From the NCBI GenBank assembly GCA_964574295.1, contig CAZNLY010000006.1:48805-112804 (forward strand): DNA of 64,000 nt. The letters run 5' to 3'. The first letter of the stretch is position 1, and every line of letters begins with the position of its first letter. Source of the stretch: an uncultured Gemmatimonadaceae bacterium (lineage in GTDB: Bacteria > Gemmatimonadota > Gemmatimonadetes > Gemmatimonadales > GWC2-71-9). Both the position numbers and the translations under genes were made by a program. This document shows, piece by piece, positions 25,280 through 34,947 of this stretch. The notes beneath the pieces were generated by a model. The model was not told where the DNA came from. It did not search any database and saw only the letters and a list, made by a program, of their open reading frames with translations.

Positions 25280-27696
25280 AGGAGGCTCACCGGGTCGCGG
25301 TCGATCGTGACCCGCGGCTCCCGATGGCCCCCCAGGTGGAGGGCGGCGTAGCGCACCACGCGGCCCAGGGTGGCGCCCTCCCCTTTGAGCACCACGTGCC
25401 AGCGCCACCGCGTCTTGATGCGCGCCAGCGGACAGGGTGCCGGCCCGAGCACGGTCACGCCGAGGCGGTGGCGCGCCGCCAGCGCATCCGCCCACTCCGC
25501 CACCTCCGCCGCCACCTTCCCGACGTCGGCCTCCTCGGTGCCGGACACGACCAGGTTCACCAGCCCCGTCACTGGCGGGTAGGGCGGGGACTCCCGCTGG
25601 CGCACCTCCTCGTCGAGGAAGCCCGCGGCGTCGTGCGCGGCGGCGCGCAGGAGGGCGTGGTGCCCGGGCTGTCGCGTCTGCACGATCACCCGACCGCCGA
25701 GCGGCCCCCGCCCCGCCCGCCCCGCCACCTGCGCAATGAGCTGGAAGGTCCGCTCCGCCGCCCGGAAGTCCGGCAGGTGCAGGGCGGTGTCGGCGTCCAC
25801 CACGCCCACCAGGGTCACGTTCGGGAAGTCGAGCCCCTTGGCGATCATCTGCGTGCCGAGGAGGAGGTCCACCTCCCGCCGCTCGACGGCGGAGAGGATG
25901 CGGTGGTGGGCCCACTTGGTGGTGGTGGTGTCGAGGTCCATCCGCGCCAGGCGCGCCATCGGATACCGTTCGGCAAGCCAGCGCTCGAGCTGCTGCGTGC
26001 CGATGCCGCGCATCCGGACCACCGGATGGCTGCACACCGGGCACGCCACGTGGAGCGACTCCTCGTGCGCGCAGTAGTGACAGCGGAGCGCCGGCGGCGC
26101 CGAGTGGACGGTCAGGCTGATCGAGCAGCGCGGGCAGTCGGGAACGTGCCCGCACCCGGGGCACTGCAGGAACGCGGCGAACCCGCGCCGATTGAGCAGC
26201 AACATGCCCTGCTCGCCCCGCGCCAGGACGCGATCCACCGCCGCATCGAGCCTCTCCGACCACGGGATGGCGCCGGCGGCGGCCACCTTCGGCTCGCTCC
26301 GGAGGTCCACCAGCTCGACGGGCGGAAGGGCCCCGGCCCCCGCCCGCTCCGGGAGGCGGATGACCGCCAGCCGACCGCCTTCCCGCCCCTCCGCCCAGCT
26401 CTCGACCGACGGCGTGGCGCTCCCGAGCACGAGGCGCGCCCCCTCGAGGCGCGCGCGCACCGCCGCCACCTCGCGGGCGTGGTAGCGGGGAGACTCGCCG
26501 TTCTTGTACGAGCCCTCGTGCTCCTCGTCCACCACGATCACCGCGGGCGACACCACCGGCGCAAACACCGCCGAGCGCGCCCCCACCGCCACCCGCCGCT
26601 CGCCCCGGCGGAGCGCCCGCCAGGCGTCGGCCCGCTCCCCGTCGGAGAGGCCGCTGTGGAGGACCGCCACCTCGTCGCCGAACATCCCGCGCACCCGGCG
26701 GACCGTCTGCGGGGTGAGGCTGATTTCGGGGACGAGGATGATGGCGCCACGATTGTCCTCGAGCCCGCGGCGGATGGCCTCGAGGTACACCAGCGTCTTG
26801 CCGCTCCCGGTGACCCCGAAGAGCAGCGCGCCGTCGCCGGGCGCGACTTCCTCCACCCGCGCGAGGGCGGCCCGCTGCGCGTCGGTGAGGGCGCCGGGCG
26901 GCGGCGTGCCCTCCTCGCCGGCAAACGGGTCCCGATGGCGCTCCACCTCCTCGACGCGCGCCAGTCCGCGAGCGGCGAGGGCGCGGATGAGGGCGTCGCT
27001 GAATCCGAGCTGGGTGCGCAGGTGACCCACCGACGCGCTCCCGCCGAGCTGCTCGACCGCCTCGAAGAGGGCGCGCTGCCGGGGGGTCGTGCGGAAGAGC
27101 TCCTGCCGCTCGAGCAGCGTCGCACGCCCTGCGCGCAGCACGAGAAGGCGCTCGGTGGCCACGTCCCCGCCGGTGTCGGGCGGGATCACCTGCAGCGTCA
27201 CGGCGCCGACGCGCGCCAGGCGATCCACCGCGTCCCACACCGGACGCTTCATGCCATGCGCAATGGCGCGGACGGGTGCGCTGCCTCCCTTGCGGTCGAG
27301 CCAGCGGAGGACCTCTCCCCCCGTGCCGCCCGGCACCCGCCGCGCGTCGGCCACTTCCACCACGACCTCCGAGCTCCCCCAGAGGCCGGCCGGGAGCGCG
27401 GCCCGCAGCGCCAGCCCGAGTGGCGCCCCGTAGTACCCGGCCATCCATTCGACGGTGCGGAGGAGAGGTGCCGGGAGCGCGGGCTCGGCGTCCGGCGTGG
27501 CCAGGATGGCGCGCGCGACGGCGTCCGGCGCGGGCACCTCGACGGCGGTGACGACGCCGATCAGTTCCCGCCCGCGGACGGGCACCACGACCCGCGCCCC
27601 GGCCGCCACTCGGTCGGCCAGGGCCTCGGGAATCTGGTAGCTGTAGGGAGTGGGGAGTGGGAGCGGAAGCGCGACGTGCGCAAACCGGTCGGTCAT
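25276..27696 (-). CDS. priA: primosomal protein N' (replication restart helicase PriA)
   Basis: ATG 27696 (MTDRFAHVALPLPLPTPYSYQIP). Walker A GVTGSGKT, DEEH box, Cys-rich zinc region CPGCGHVPDCPRCSISLTVH...CHYCAHE...CPVC. Confidence 0.9.
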   Translation of the reverse strand: MTDRFAHVALPLPLPTPYSYQIPEALADRVAAGARVVVPVRGRELIGVVTAVEVPAPDAVARAILATPDAEPALPAPLLRTVEWMAGYYGAPLGLALRAALPAGLWGSSEVVVEVADARRVPGGTGGEVLRWLDRKGGSAPVRAIAHGMKRPVWDAVDRLARVGAVTLQVIPPDTGGDVATERLLVLRAGRATLLERQELFRTTPRQRALFEAVEQLGGSASVGHLRTQLGFSDALIRALAARGLARVEEVERHRDPFAGEEGTPPPGALTDAQRAALARVEEVAPGDGALLFGVTGSGKTLVYLEAIRRGLEDNRGAIILVPEISLTPQTVRRVRGMFGDEVAVLHSGLSDGERADAWRALRRGERRVAVGARSAVFAPVVSPAVIVVDEEHEGSYKNGESPRYHAREVAAVRARLEGARLVLGSATPSVESWAEGREGGRLAVIRLPERAGAGALPPVELVDLRSEPKVAAAGAIPWSERLDAAVDRVLARGEQGMLLLNRRGFAAFLQCPGCGHVPDCPRCSISLTVHSAPPALRCHYCAHEESLHVACPVCSHPVVRMRGIGTQQLERWLAERYPMARLARMDLDTTTTKWAHHRILSAVERREVDLLLGTQMIAKGLDFPNVTLVGVVDADTALHLPDFRAAERTFQLIAQVAGRAGRGPLGGRVIVQTRQPGHHALLRAAAHDAAGFLDEEVRQRESPPYPPVTGLVNLVVSGTEEADVGKVAAEVAEWADALAARHRLGVTVLGPAPCPLARIKTRWRWHVVLKGEGATLGRVVRYAALHLGGHREPRVTIDRDPVSLL

Positions 27697-28709
27697 CGCG
27701 GCCGGACGCCGAGCCCCGGGCCGGTGGGAAGGCGAACCTGGCCGCCCGCGATGCCGGCTCCCGTGAAGGGATCCACGGAAAGGAGCGCGGCGCCGTCGAG
27801 GTCCACGATGTCCACCAGCGGCGTGAAGTGGGCGGCGGCAGTGATCGCGAGGGAGCTCTCGATCATGCAGCCGACCATGACGGTGAGGTGGTGCGCCCGC
27901 GCGATGGCGATCATCCGCAGCGCCTCGCGAAGGCTGCCGCACTTGGCCAGCTTGATGTTGATGCCGTCCACCTTGCCGACCAGCGCGGGAATGTCGCTGG
28001 CCACCCGGCAGGACTCGTCGGCGATGAGCGGGATCCTCGCCGCCCGGCGGATGAGGGAGAGGCCGTCGAGGTCGGTGGGCACCAGAGGCTGCTCCAGCAC
28101 CGTCACGCCGAATTCCTCGAGCACCGGCAGCATCCGGAGGGTGTGCTTGACCGTCCACCCGCAATTGGCGTCCACCCGGAGCTCGCGATCGGTGGCCTCG
28201 CGGATGGCCCGCAGGATCTCGAGGTCGCGATCACTCCCCAGCTTGATCTTGAGGATCGGGTACTCGGCGGCCTCGGCCACCTTCATCCGGATCCGCTCCG
28301 GGGTGTCGATGCCAATGGTGAAGGTGGATTGCGGCGCCTTGGCCGGGTCGAGCCCCCAGAGCTGGTAGACGGGCACGCCGAGTCGCTTGCCCACCAGGTC
28401 GTGCATTGCCGCCGAGATGGCGGCGCGGGCGGAGGGGTTCCCCTTGAGGGCTGTCTCCAGCCTCCGGTCGGTCTCCTCGAGGTCGAAGGGGTCGGCCGGC
28501 AGCTGCTGGGCGTACACCTGCAGCGTCTCCATCACCGTCTCGGGGGTCTCGCCATAGAATCGGGTCGGCGCCGCCTCGCCCCAGCCTTCCAGGCCGTCGC
28601 CGTCCGTCACGCGAACCCAGACGGTGCGGTAGTCGCTCTGGCCGCCGCGCGCGATGATGAACGGATGCTTGGTGCGGAGGGCGAGGTATTCGGCCTGGAG
28701 ACGGAGCAT
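27693..28709 (-). CDS. dipeptide epimerase (L-Ala-D/L-Glu epimerase type, enolase superfamily)
   Basis: ATG 28709. GWGEAAP, KIKLG, LRVDANCGW, LEQPL, IPLIADES blocks of the MR/MLE family. The stop overlaps the priA ATG. Confidence 0.8.
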   Translation of the reverse strand: MLRLQAEYLALRTKHPFIIARGGQSDYRTVWVRVTDGDGLEGWGEAAPTRFYGETPETVMETLQVYAQQLPADPFDLEETDRRLETALKGNPSARAAISAAMHDLVGKRLGVPVYQLWGLDPAKAPQSTFTIGIDTPERIRMKVAEAAEYPILKIKLGSDRDLEILRAIREATDRELRVDANCGWTVKHTLRMLPVLEEFGVTVLEQPLVPTDLDGLSLIRRAARIPLIADESCRVASDIPALVGKVDGINIKLAKCGSLREALRMIAIARAHHLTVMVGCMIESSLAITAAAHFTPLVDIVDLDGAALLSVDPFTGAGIAGGQVRLPTGPGLGVRPR

Positions 28710-28749
28710 GGAAGGGTCCGTTGATGGGGAGGAACGTCGCCCGGGAAAG

Positions 28750-29646
28750 CTATCCGAGCGCCTGTACGTGCGCCACGACGCCGTCGGCCAGGCGGGACGG
28801 GTTGTAGCCCCCTTCCATCGTGCCGAGAATCGGGGCGTCGGGCGCCCGCTCACGGAGGCGCTCGGTGAGGGCCCGGTAGTGCGCCGGCTCGAGGGTGAAG
28901 CCGCCGAGGGGATCGCCGGCCATGGCGTCGAACCCAGCCGAGACGATCACGGCGTCGGGAACCCAATCCGTCGTGGCGGTGGCGATCGCCGCCCAGAGGT
29001 CCTCGACGTACCGCTCGGCCGGGAGGCCGGCGGGGCGCGGCACGTTGAAGATGTTGCCGACCCCGCGCTCCTCCGCGGCCCCGGTGAACGGCCACCAGGG
29101 CCACTGGTGGAGCGACACGAAGCGGAGGTCGGCGTCCCGTTCCACGAGGGCCTGGGTGCCGTTGCCGTGGTGCACGTCCCAGTCCACCACCAGCACGCGA
29201 CGCCGCCCCAGCGCCTGGAACCGCCGCGCCGCCACGACGGCGTTGTTCACCAGGCAGAAGCCCATGACGCGATCGGCCAGGGCGTGGTGCCCGGGAGGGC
29301 GCACCGCCGCGAAGGCGTGGCCCTGGCCGGCGTGCGCGTGCTCCACGCCGGCCAGCACCGCCCCCACGGCGCCGAGCATCGCCTCGAGGCTGCCGGGGCT
29401 CATCCAGGTGTCCTCGTCCAGCTGGCCTCCGCCTGCGGCGTCCATTGCCACGAGGTGCTCCAGGTGGGCGGCGGTGTGGACGCCGCGGAGGGCGTCGAGC
29501 GAGGCGGCGTCCGCCGTGATGAGCGTGGCCCCGGGGCGCCCGGCGAGCGCACCGAGCACCGCGCGAAGGCGCGCCGGCGCCTCCGGATGCCCGGCGACCG
29601 GCGTGTGCCACTCACAGCTGGGATGGGAAAAGACGGCGACGGTCAT
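28750..29646 (-). CDS. histone deacetylase-family (Zn-dependent) deacylase
   Basis: HPEAPARL, VRPPGHHA, DWDVHHGNGTQ, SAGFDA, EGGY motifs. Confidence 0.85.
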   Translation of the reverse strand: MTVAVFSHPSCEWHTPVAGHPEAPARLRAVLGALAGRPGATLITADAASLDALRGVHTAAHLEHLVAMDAAGGGQLDEDTWMSPGSLEAMLGAVGAVLAGVEHAHAGQGHAFAAVRPPGHHALADRVMGFCLVNNAVVAARRFQALGRRRVLVVDWDVHHGNGTQALVERDADLRFVSLHQWPWWPFTGAAEERGVGNIFNVPRPAGLPAERYVEDLWAAIATATTDWVPDAVIVSAGFDAMAGDPLGGFTLEPAHYRALTERLRERAPDAPILGTMEGGYNPSRLADGVVAHVQALG

Positions 29647-29664
29647 CGGCAGGGCCGATGCCGG

Positions 29665-29925
29665 CTACTTGACCGGCCGCCGGCGGGCGGGGAGGACGAT
29701 CAGGGCGGCGTTGTCCACGACCGCGGCGGCGCCCAGCGTGGCGCCCTCGTCCCGGAGGGCGGCGCCCCGGTACTTGACCAGGTATTCGGACGGATCCCGC
29801 GCGATGTTGCTCGCCACGAGCGCCCGGAGCTTGAGCTCGGCGATCGAGGCGGTCGGCTCGAGCTCGAGGGGGACGGTGTCCCAGGTGTCCTGCACGGTCA
29901 CGCGAAGGCGCAGGGCGTCGGTCAT
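29665..29925 (-). CDS. small hypothetical protein with ubiquitin-like (beta-grasp) sequence pattern
   Basis: 86 aa. The ATG overlaps the upstream stop (ATGA). VPLELEPTASIAELKLRAL and YLVKYRGAALRDEGATLGAAAVVDNAALIVLPAR align by eye with ubiquitin ITLEVEPSDTIENVKAKI and [31 protein letters not shown]. Confidence 0.5.
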   Translation of the reverse strand: MTDALRLRVTVQDTWDTVPLELEPTASIAELKLRALVASNIARDPSEYLVKYRGAALRDEGATLGAAAVVDNAALIVLPARRRPVK

Positions 29926-30194
29926 GCCGCCGCTCCCGCCACCTGCGGCAGCGTGGAGAGGAAGCGGCCGATGGCCTGGTCGAAGAAGAGGGTCGAGGCC
30001 CGGACCAGCGTGCCGCCCTCGGCGGGCAGCGTGGCCAGCGCGATCTCCTCCCCGCCCTGCCCCCGGAGCGTCACGAACGTGGGCCCCTCCTCCTCCGGGA
30101 AGGCCGCCTGGTGCGGCACCCGCTCGGCAAAGAACGCCTTGGCCCGCGCCAGGACCTCGGGGCCGGGAAGCGTCGTCGTCAGTTGATGGACCAT
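29922..30194 (-). CDS. hypothetical protein
   Basis: 90 aa, ATG start 10 nt after the upstream stop, translationally coupled to the next ORF. No family recognised. Confidence 0.5.
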   Translation of the reverse strand: MVHQLTTTLPGPEVLARAKAFFAERVPHQAAFPEEEGPTFVTLRGQGGEEIALATLPAEGGTLVRASTLFFDQAIGRFLSTLPQVAGAAA

Positions 30195-30204
30195 GGCCGT
30201 CCGC

Positions 30205-31350
30205 TCAATGCGTGAGGAGAATGGTGATGCCCGTGGGCTGCGCCGGGAGCGGCGTGGAGCTCACGCGGGTCAACGAGGAGAGGTCAATCACATCCACCGC
30301 CCCCGGGTCGGCGCCGATGGACTCCTGCGTGACGTAGGCGTACTTGCCGTCCGGGCTGTACGCCACGCCGTGCACGATCTTCTTGGTGGTGGGAATCCGG
30401 GCCAGCTCCGTGAGCGACCTGGCGTCCACGATGCTCACGCTCTGCGCCTTCTTGTTGGTCACGATCACGAACCGCCCGTCGGGCGAGGGCTCCACGTTGT
30501 AGGCGCCCGCCCCCACCGCGATTTCCTTCTGCATCGTGAGCCCCTCGGCCTCCCACACCTGCAGCGTGCCCTTGTGGTTGCAGGCCACGTACAGCGTCCG
30601 GTCGTCCCGGGAGACGCTGACGAACGTGGGGGCGCACTCGTTGTCCACCGCCGGCGCGGGGACCGCGCCCGAGGGCGCGCTCGCGGCGGGCGCCGGCGCC
30701 GGCGTGCCGTGATTCATGCCGGCGTGGGCCGACGCCGCGGCGGCCGGCATCGCCATGCCGGAACCGGTCTTGGCCCGGCGCACCACGTCGAGCGTGGCGG
30801 CGTCCACCTGGAGGATCTCGTCGCTGTGCATGCAGGACACCCACACCGCCGTGCCGGCGTGGTTGACCTTCACGCCGTGGGGCATGTCGCACGCGGGGAT
30901 CTCGGTGATGGTGACCATGTCCGGCGTGTACACCGCCGAGACGGTGTTGACGCGAGGATGGTCGCCGTGGAAGTCGGAGTTCGCGACGAAGGCGAAGTCG
31001 CCGTCGGGCGAGGCTGAGATGGTCGTGGGGAAGTATTCCAGCGGGGCGCGGCCCGCGACGGTGTCATTCCGGGCGTCGAAGCGCCAGAGGGTGCCGTACG
31101 GCGTCCCGTGGGCAATCGACACGTAATACCACTTCTGGTCGGGGGAGACGGTGATGTTGTGGGGGCCGTCGATGTCGGCCGGCATGATCCCGACCGGGAC
31201 CACGTGGTCCACCACCAGGGTGTTCCCCTCGGGGCGGAGCCAGGTCACGATGTCGCCCGACTCGCTGACCACGCCGACCCGATACCCGGCGCCCTGGGCC
31301 GCCAGCGGAGCCGCGACGAGGGAGAGGCCGAGGATGACGATGCGCCGCAT
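30205..31350 (-). CDS. secreted YVTN/YncE-type beta-propeller repeat protein
   Basis: GGAGGA SD then ATG 31350. Signal MRRIVILGLSLVAAPLAAQG. Repeated blades (ISASPDGDFAFVAN, FVSVSRDDRTLYVAC, VEPSPDGRFVIVTN, VAYSPDGKYAYVT). Confidence 0.7.
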   Translation of the reverse strand: MRRIVILGLSLVAAPLAAQGAGYRVGVVSESGDIVTWLRPEGNTLVVDHVVPVGIMPADIDGPHNITVSPDQKWYYVSIAHGTPYGTLWRFDARNDTVAGRAPLEYFPTTISASPDGDFAFVANSDFHGDHPRVNTVSAVYTPDMVTITEIPACDMPHGVKVNHAGTAVWVSCMHSDEILQVDAATLDVVRRAKTGSGMAMPAAAASAHAGMNHGTPAPAPAASAPSGAVPAPAVDNECAPTFVSVSRDDRTLYVACNHKGTLQVWEAEGLTMQKEIAVGAGAYNVEPSPDGRFVIVTNKKAQSVSIVDARSLTELARIPTTKKIVHGVAYSPDGKYAYVTQESIGADPGAVDVIDLSSLTRVSSTPLPAQPTGITILLTH

Positions 31351-31384
31351 GGGCGTCCTCCGATGCTGGGAAATCGGCCGAAAG

Positions 31385-32089
31385 CTAACCGGGTGGCCCG
31401 GGGGACGCCTCCACCGCCGCGACGAACGGGGTGGCCCGGCGCAGGAAGTCCAGGAGGCCTGTCCGGCGCCGGACGACCAGCACCAGCTCCCCCGGCGGCG
31501 GTTGCTGGACTCCCCCCGCCACGCTGAGGAAGGCCGGCAGCGTGGCTCCCGCGGGCACCGGCGCCCGGTAGGCCCGCCCGTGCCATTGGAAGTCCACGGC
31601 GGCCGGAAGGGTCCGCACCACCTGCTCCACGAAAAAGTCGTCGTCCACCTGATAGATGCCGTCGGCCACCTCCTCCCCGGCCAGGTAGAAGAGGGGGTCG
31701 AACGGCTCCCCGTCGGCGCGGGCAAAGTTCTGCTCCGCGGCCTCGTCGAAGGCCTCGAGCGCGCCTTCGCGCGCCCGCCACTCGAGGTGGTGCCGCAGCT
31801 CGTGGGTCAGGGTGTCCCACGCCTCGGTCCGCCAGTCGAACTCCGGATCCAGCTCCGCCAGCGCCTTGAAGGAGCCGTGGTAGAGGACCACGCGGCTCTG
31901 GATCTCGTCGAGGGTGCCGCCCTCGGACGCGTGGAAGGGGATGCAGTGGCCGAGGGTGAAGATCTCCTCGCGCGTCGGGTGGGGCACGGCGCGCGGCGAG
32001 ACGGTGATCTCCGCCACGCCGTCGAGGAACTCCTCGGGCACCTCGGTCGCCATCCGCGACACCAGCGCCCGGAACGTCTCCAGCTTCAT
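31385..32089 (-). CDS. zincin-like metallopeptidase family protein (DUF1025-like)
   Basis: 234 aa. N-terminal FRALVSRMATEVPEEFLDGVAEITV and an HExxH motif in THELRHHLEW. Extra C-terminal region of about 100 aa. Confidence 0.55.
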   Translation of the reverse strand: MKLETFRALVSRMATEVPEEFLDGVAEITVSPRAVPHPTREEIFTLGHCIPFHASEGGTLDEIQSRVVLYHGSFKALAELDPEFDWRTEAWDTLTHELRHHLEWRAREGALEAFDEAAEQNFARADGEPFDPLFYLAGEEVADGIYQVDDDFFVEQVVRTLPAAVDFQWHGRAYRAPVPAGATLPAFLSVAGGVQQPPPGELVLVVRRRTGLLDFLRRATPFVAAVEASPGPPG

Positions 32090-32098
32090 GGCCCCGCC

Positions 32099-33370
32099 CT
32101 ACACCGACTCGAGGGCGGCCTGGAGGTCCGCGATCAGGTCCTCATAGTGCTCGACGCCCACGGAGAGCCGCACCAGTCCCGGCGTGATGCCCATCCGCGC
32201 CTGGTCCTCCGTCGGCACGTCGGCGTGGGTCATCGAGCCCGGGTGCTCGGCGAGCGACTCCGTCCCGCCGAGGCTCACGGCCAGCTTGACCATCCGCAGC
32301 GCGTTGAGGAATCGAAACGCCGCCGGCTGCCCGCCGACCACCTCGAAGGAAATCATTGACCCCGGAGCGGCGCACTGCCGGCGGTACACGTCGAACTGCG
32401 GCGAGGATTCCGGCAGGTGTCCGAGGTAGTGGACCGCCTGCACCTTCGGATGGTCGGCAAGGGCATCGGCCACGTAGCGGGCGTTCTTCATGGCCGCCGT
32501 CATTCGCATCTTGAGCGTCTCGAGGCTCCGGAGCAGGAGCCAGCCCGTCCAGGGCCCGGCCATCGTCCCCATGAAGGTGCGGAGGGTGCGAATGGGGGCC
32601 ATGACCTCGCCGCGGCCCAGCGCCGCTCCCGCGATCACATCGCTGTGCCCGCCGATGAACTTCGTGGCCGAATAGAGGACGAGGTCGGCGCCGTGCTTGA
32701 GCGGGTGCTGGAAGACGGGGCCGAGGAAGGTGTTGTCCACCATCACGACGGCGGGCCGGCCGGGCGCGGCGAGGGCGTGCACCAGGTCGGCAATCCCGCG
32801 GATGTCGATGAGGGCGTTCGTGGGGTTGGCCGGCGTCTCCAGGAGCGCCGCCGCCACTGGGCGGCCCGCCACGCGGGACGTGAGGTCGGCCGCGAGGTCC
32901 GCGATCGGCACCCCGGCCGGGAAACCGACCGGGTGGACGCCCATGCGCGGCAGGAAGTGCTTCACGAAGTGATCGCAGCCGCCGTAGAGCGGCTCGCTGT
33001 GCACCAGGACGTCGCCGGGGGTCAGGAAGGCCAGGAGCGAGGTGGTGATGGCGGCCATGCCGCTGGCAAAGACGGCGCACTCCTCCGCCTCGTCCCAGAG
33101 CGTCAGGCGCCCCTCGAGGATCTCGAGGTCGGGGTTGTTGAGCCGGCTATAGATGAGCCCCGTCTGCTCGCCGCGGCGGGGCTCCCGGAGTCCATAGGCC
33201 AGCTCGAAGAAGGCCTTGCCGTCTTCCGCCGACTCGAATGCGAAGGTCGATGTCTGGAAGATGGGGCACTTGACCGCCCCCTCGCTCAGCTTCGGGTCGT
33301 ACCCGAAGCTCATCATCAGGCTCTCGGGACGCAGCCTCGTCCCGCCGATCTCCCGCAGCTTCCCGCTCAT
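32099..33370 (-). CDS. Cys/Met-metabolism PLP-dependent enzyme (methionine gamma-lyase / cystathionine gamma-synthase family)
   Basis: GAGGA SD then ATG 33370. YSRLNNP, ASGMAAI, YSATKFIGGHSDVIAG (PLP lysine), SLGGTESL. Confidence 0.85.
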   Translation of the reverse strand: MSGKLREIGGTRLRPESLMMSFGYDPKLSEGAVKCPIFQTSTFAFESAEDGKAFFELAYGLREPRRGEQTGLIYSRLNNPDLEILEGRLTLWDEAEECAVFASGMAAITTSLLAFLTPGDVLVHSEPLYGGCDHFVKHFLPRMGVHPVGFPAGVPIADLAADLTSRVAGRPVAAALLETPANPTNALIDIRGIADLVHALAAPGRPAVVMVDNTFLGPVFQHPLKHGADLVLYSATKFIGGHSDVIAGAALGRGEVMAPIRTLRTFMGTMAGPWTGWLLLRSLETLKMRMTAAMKNARYVADALADHPKVQAVHYLGHLPESSPQFDVYRRQCAAPGSMISFEVVGGQPAAFRFLNALRMVKLAVSLGGTESLAEHPGSMTHADVPTEDQARMGITPGLVRLSVGVEHYEDLIADLQAALESV

Positions 33371-33402
33371 GGCGTCCTCAGTCCCTGGTCGTCGGGCCGG
33401 CC

Positions 33403-34734
33403 TCACTCCCCGAGCCGTTCCGCGACCCACCCCGGCAGCTGCGCCGCCGCGATCCGGTCCTGGTTCATCGCGTCGCGGTGCCGGACGGTCACGGTGTCGT
33501 CCTGCAGCGTCTGCCCGTCCACCGTCACGCAGTACGGGGTGCCCGCCTCGTCCATCCGGCGGTAGCGCCGCCCCACCGCCCCGCTGTCATCGTAGAAGGC
33601 CGGCACCCGGCGCTTGAGGTCGTGGTAGAGCCGGGTGGCGTACTCCGGCATCCCGTCCTTCTTGACGAGGGGGAAGACGCCGGCCTTGATCGGGGCGATG
33701 GTCGGGTGGAAGCCCAGCACCACCCGCGTCTCGCCCTCGACCTCCTCCTCGCGGTAGGCGTCCACCAGGGTGGTGAGCGTCACGCGGTCGGCGCCGGCCG
33801 AGGTTTCCACGATGAAGGGGACGTACCGCTCGTTGGCCGCCTGGTCGAAGTAGTCGAGCTTCTTGCCGGACATCGCCTGGTGGCGCTGGAGGTCGAAGTC
33901 GGTCCGGTTGTGGATGCCCTCGATCTCGTTCCAGCCGAACGGGAACTCGTACTCGATGTCGAACGCGGCCTTGGCGTAGTGGGCCAGCTCACCCGGCCCG
34001 TGCTCGTGCCAGCGGAGCCGGGACGGCGTGAGCCCGATGGACACGTGCCACTCCATTCGCCAGGCCCGCCACCGCTCGAACCACTCCGCGTCGGTGCCCG
34101 GCTTGACGAAGAACTGCATCTCCATCTGCTCGAACTCCCGGGTGCGGAAGATGAAGTTGCCCGGGGTGATCTCGTTGCGGAACGCCTTGCCGATCTGGGC
34201 GATGCCGAACGGCACCTTCTGGCGCGAGCCCTGGAGCACGTTGAGGTAGTTGACGTAGATCCCCTGCGCCGTCTCGGGGCGGAGGTAGACCACCGCCGCC
34301 GATTCCTCGACCGGGCCCATGAAGGTCTTGAACATCAGGTTGAAGAGCCGGGGCTCCGTCAGCTCGCAGGCGGTGTGTTGGCCGGGCCGCTTGCTCGGTT
34401 TCTGGGGGCACTGGGCGTCCTGGAGCTTGTCGGCGCGGAAGCGGGCCTTGCAGGTCTTGCAGTCCACGAGCGGATCGGTGAAGCCCGCCACGTGGCCCGA
34501 CGCCTCCCAGACCTTGGGGTGCATCAGGATGGCGGCGTCCAGCCCCTCGATGTCGTCGCGGGCGTGGACCATGGCGCGCCACCACCGGTCCTTGACGTTC
34601 TTCTTGAGCTCGACCCCCAGCGGGCCGTAGTCCCACACCGACCCGAGCCCCCCGTAGATCTCGGAGGACTGGAACACGAATCCGCGCCGCTTGCAGAGCG
34701 ACACGAGCTTGTCCATGCGGGTGGTGTCGGCCAT
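33403..34734 (-). CDS. glyQS: glycine--tRNA ligase (homodimeric type)
   Basis: ATG 34734. MADTTRMDKLVSLCKRRGFVFQSSEIYGGLGSVWDYGPLGVELKKNV, FRNEITPGNFIFRTREFEQMEMQFF, anticodon-binding C-terminus. Confidence 0.95.
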   Translation of the reverse strand: MADTTRMDKLVSLCKRRGFVFQSSEIYGGLGSVWDYGPLGVELKKNVKDRWWRAMVHARDDIEGLDAAILMHPKVWEASGHVAGFTDPLVDCKTCKARFRADKLQDAQCPQKPSKRPGQHTACELTEPRLFNLMFKTFMGPVEESAAVVYLRPETAQGIYVNYLNVLQGSRQKVPFGIAQIGKAFRNEITPGNFIFRTREFEQMEMQFFVKPGTDAEWFERWRAWRMEWHVSIGLTPSRLRWHEHGPGELAHYAKAAFDIEYEFPFGWNEIEGIHNRTDFDLQRHQAMSGKKLDYFDQAANERYVPFIVETSAGADRVTLTTLVDAYREEEVEGETRVVLGFHPTIAPIKAGVFPLVKKDGMPEYATRLYHDLKRRVPAFYDDSGAVGRRYRRMDEAGTPYCVTVDGQTLQDDTVTVRHRDAMNQDRIAAAQLPGWVAERLGE

Positions 34735-34820
34735 CGAACGGCTCGGGGTGCGGGAAGGGGCGATTGGAGTACGCGGATAATAGACGGGGCCGGGAGGGCC
34801 GACAAGCAACCGAAGCGGGT

Positions 34821-34838
34821 GCAAGCGCTTGCGCGCAA
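34821..34838. promoter_or_regulatory. palindromic upstream site 1 (candidate enhancer-binding-protein site)
   Basis: GCAAGCGCTTGCGCGCAA, i.e. GCAAG-N2-CTTGC-N2-GCAA. Centred about 104 nt upstream of the -24 GG at 34934. Matches the site at 39248 in 17 of 19 positions. Confidence 0.45.
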
Positions 34839-34933
34839 ATCGCGTCGCTGGGGGCAGAAACGGGCACCTTCCACGACGTGGTGCGACCGCCTAACTTCCT
34901 GCGCGCCAGTGGGTTAAAGTTCGGTCGCCAGGC

Positions 34934-34947
34934 GGCACCCGACTTGC
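34934..34947 (+). promoter_or_regulatory. sigma-54 type -24/-12 promoter element, pilin module 1
   Basis: GGCACCCGACTTGC has the GG-N10-GC spacing and the GGCAC...TTGC bases of the TGGCACG-N4-TTGCW consensus. 88 nt upstream of GTG 35035. Identical 14-mer at 39360. Confidence 0.6.
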
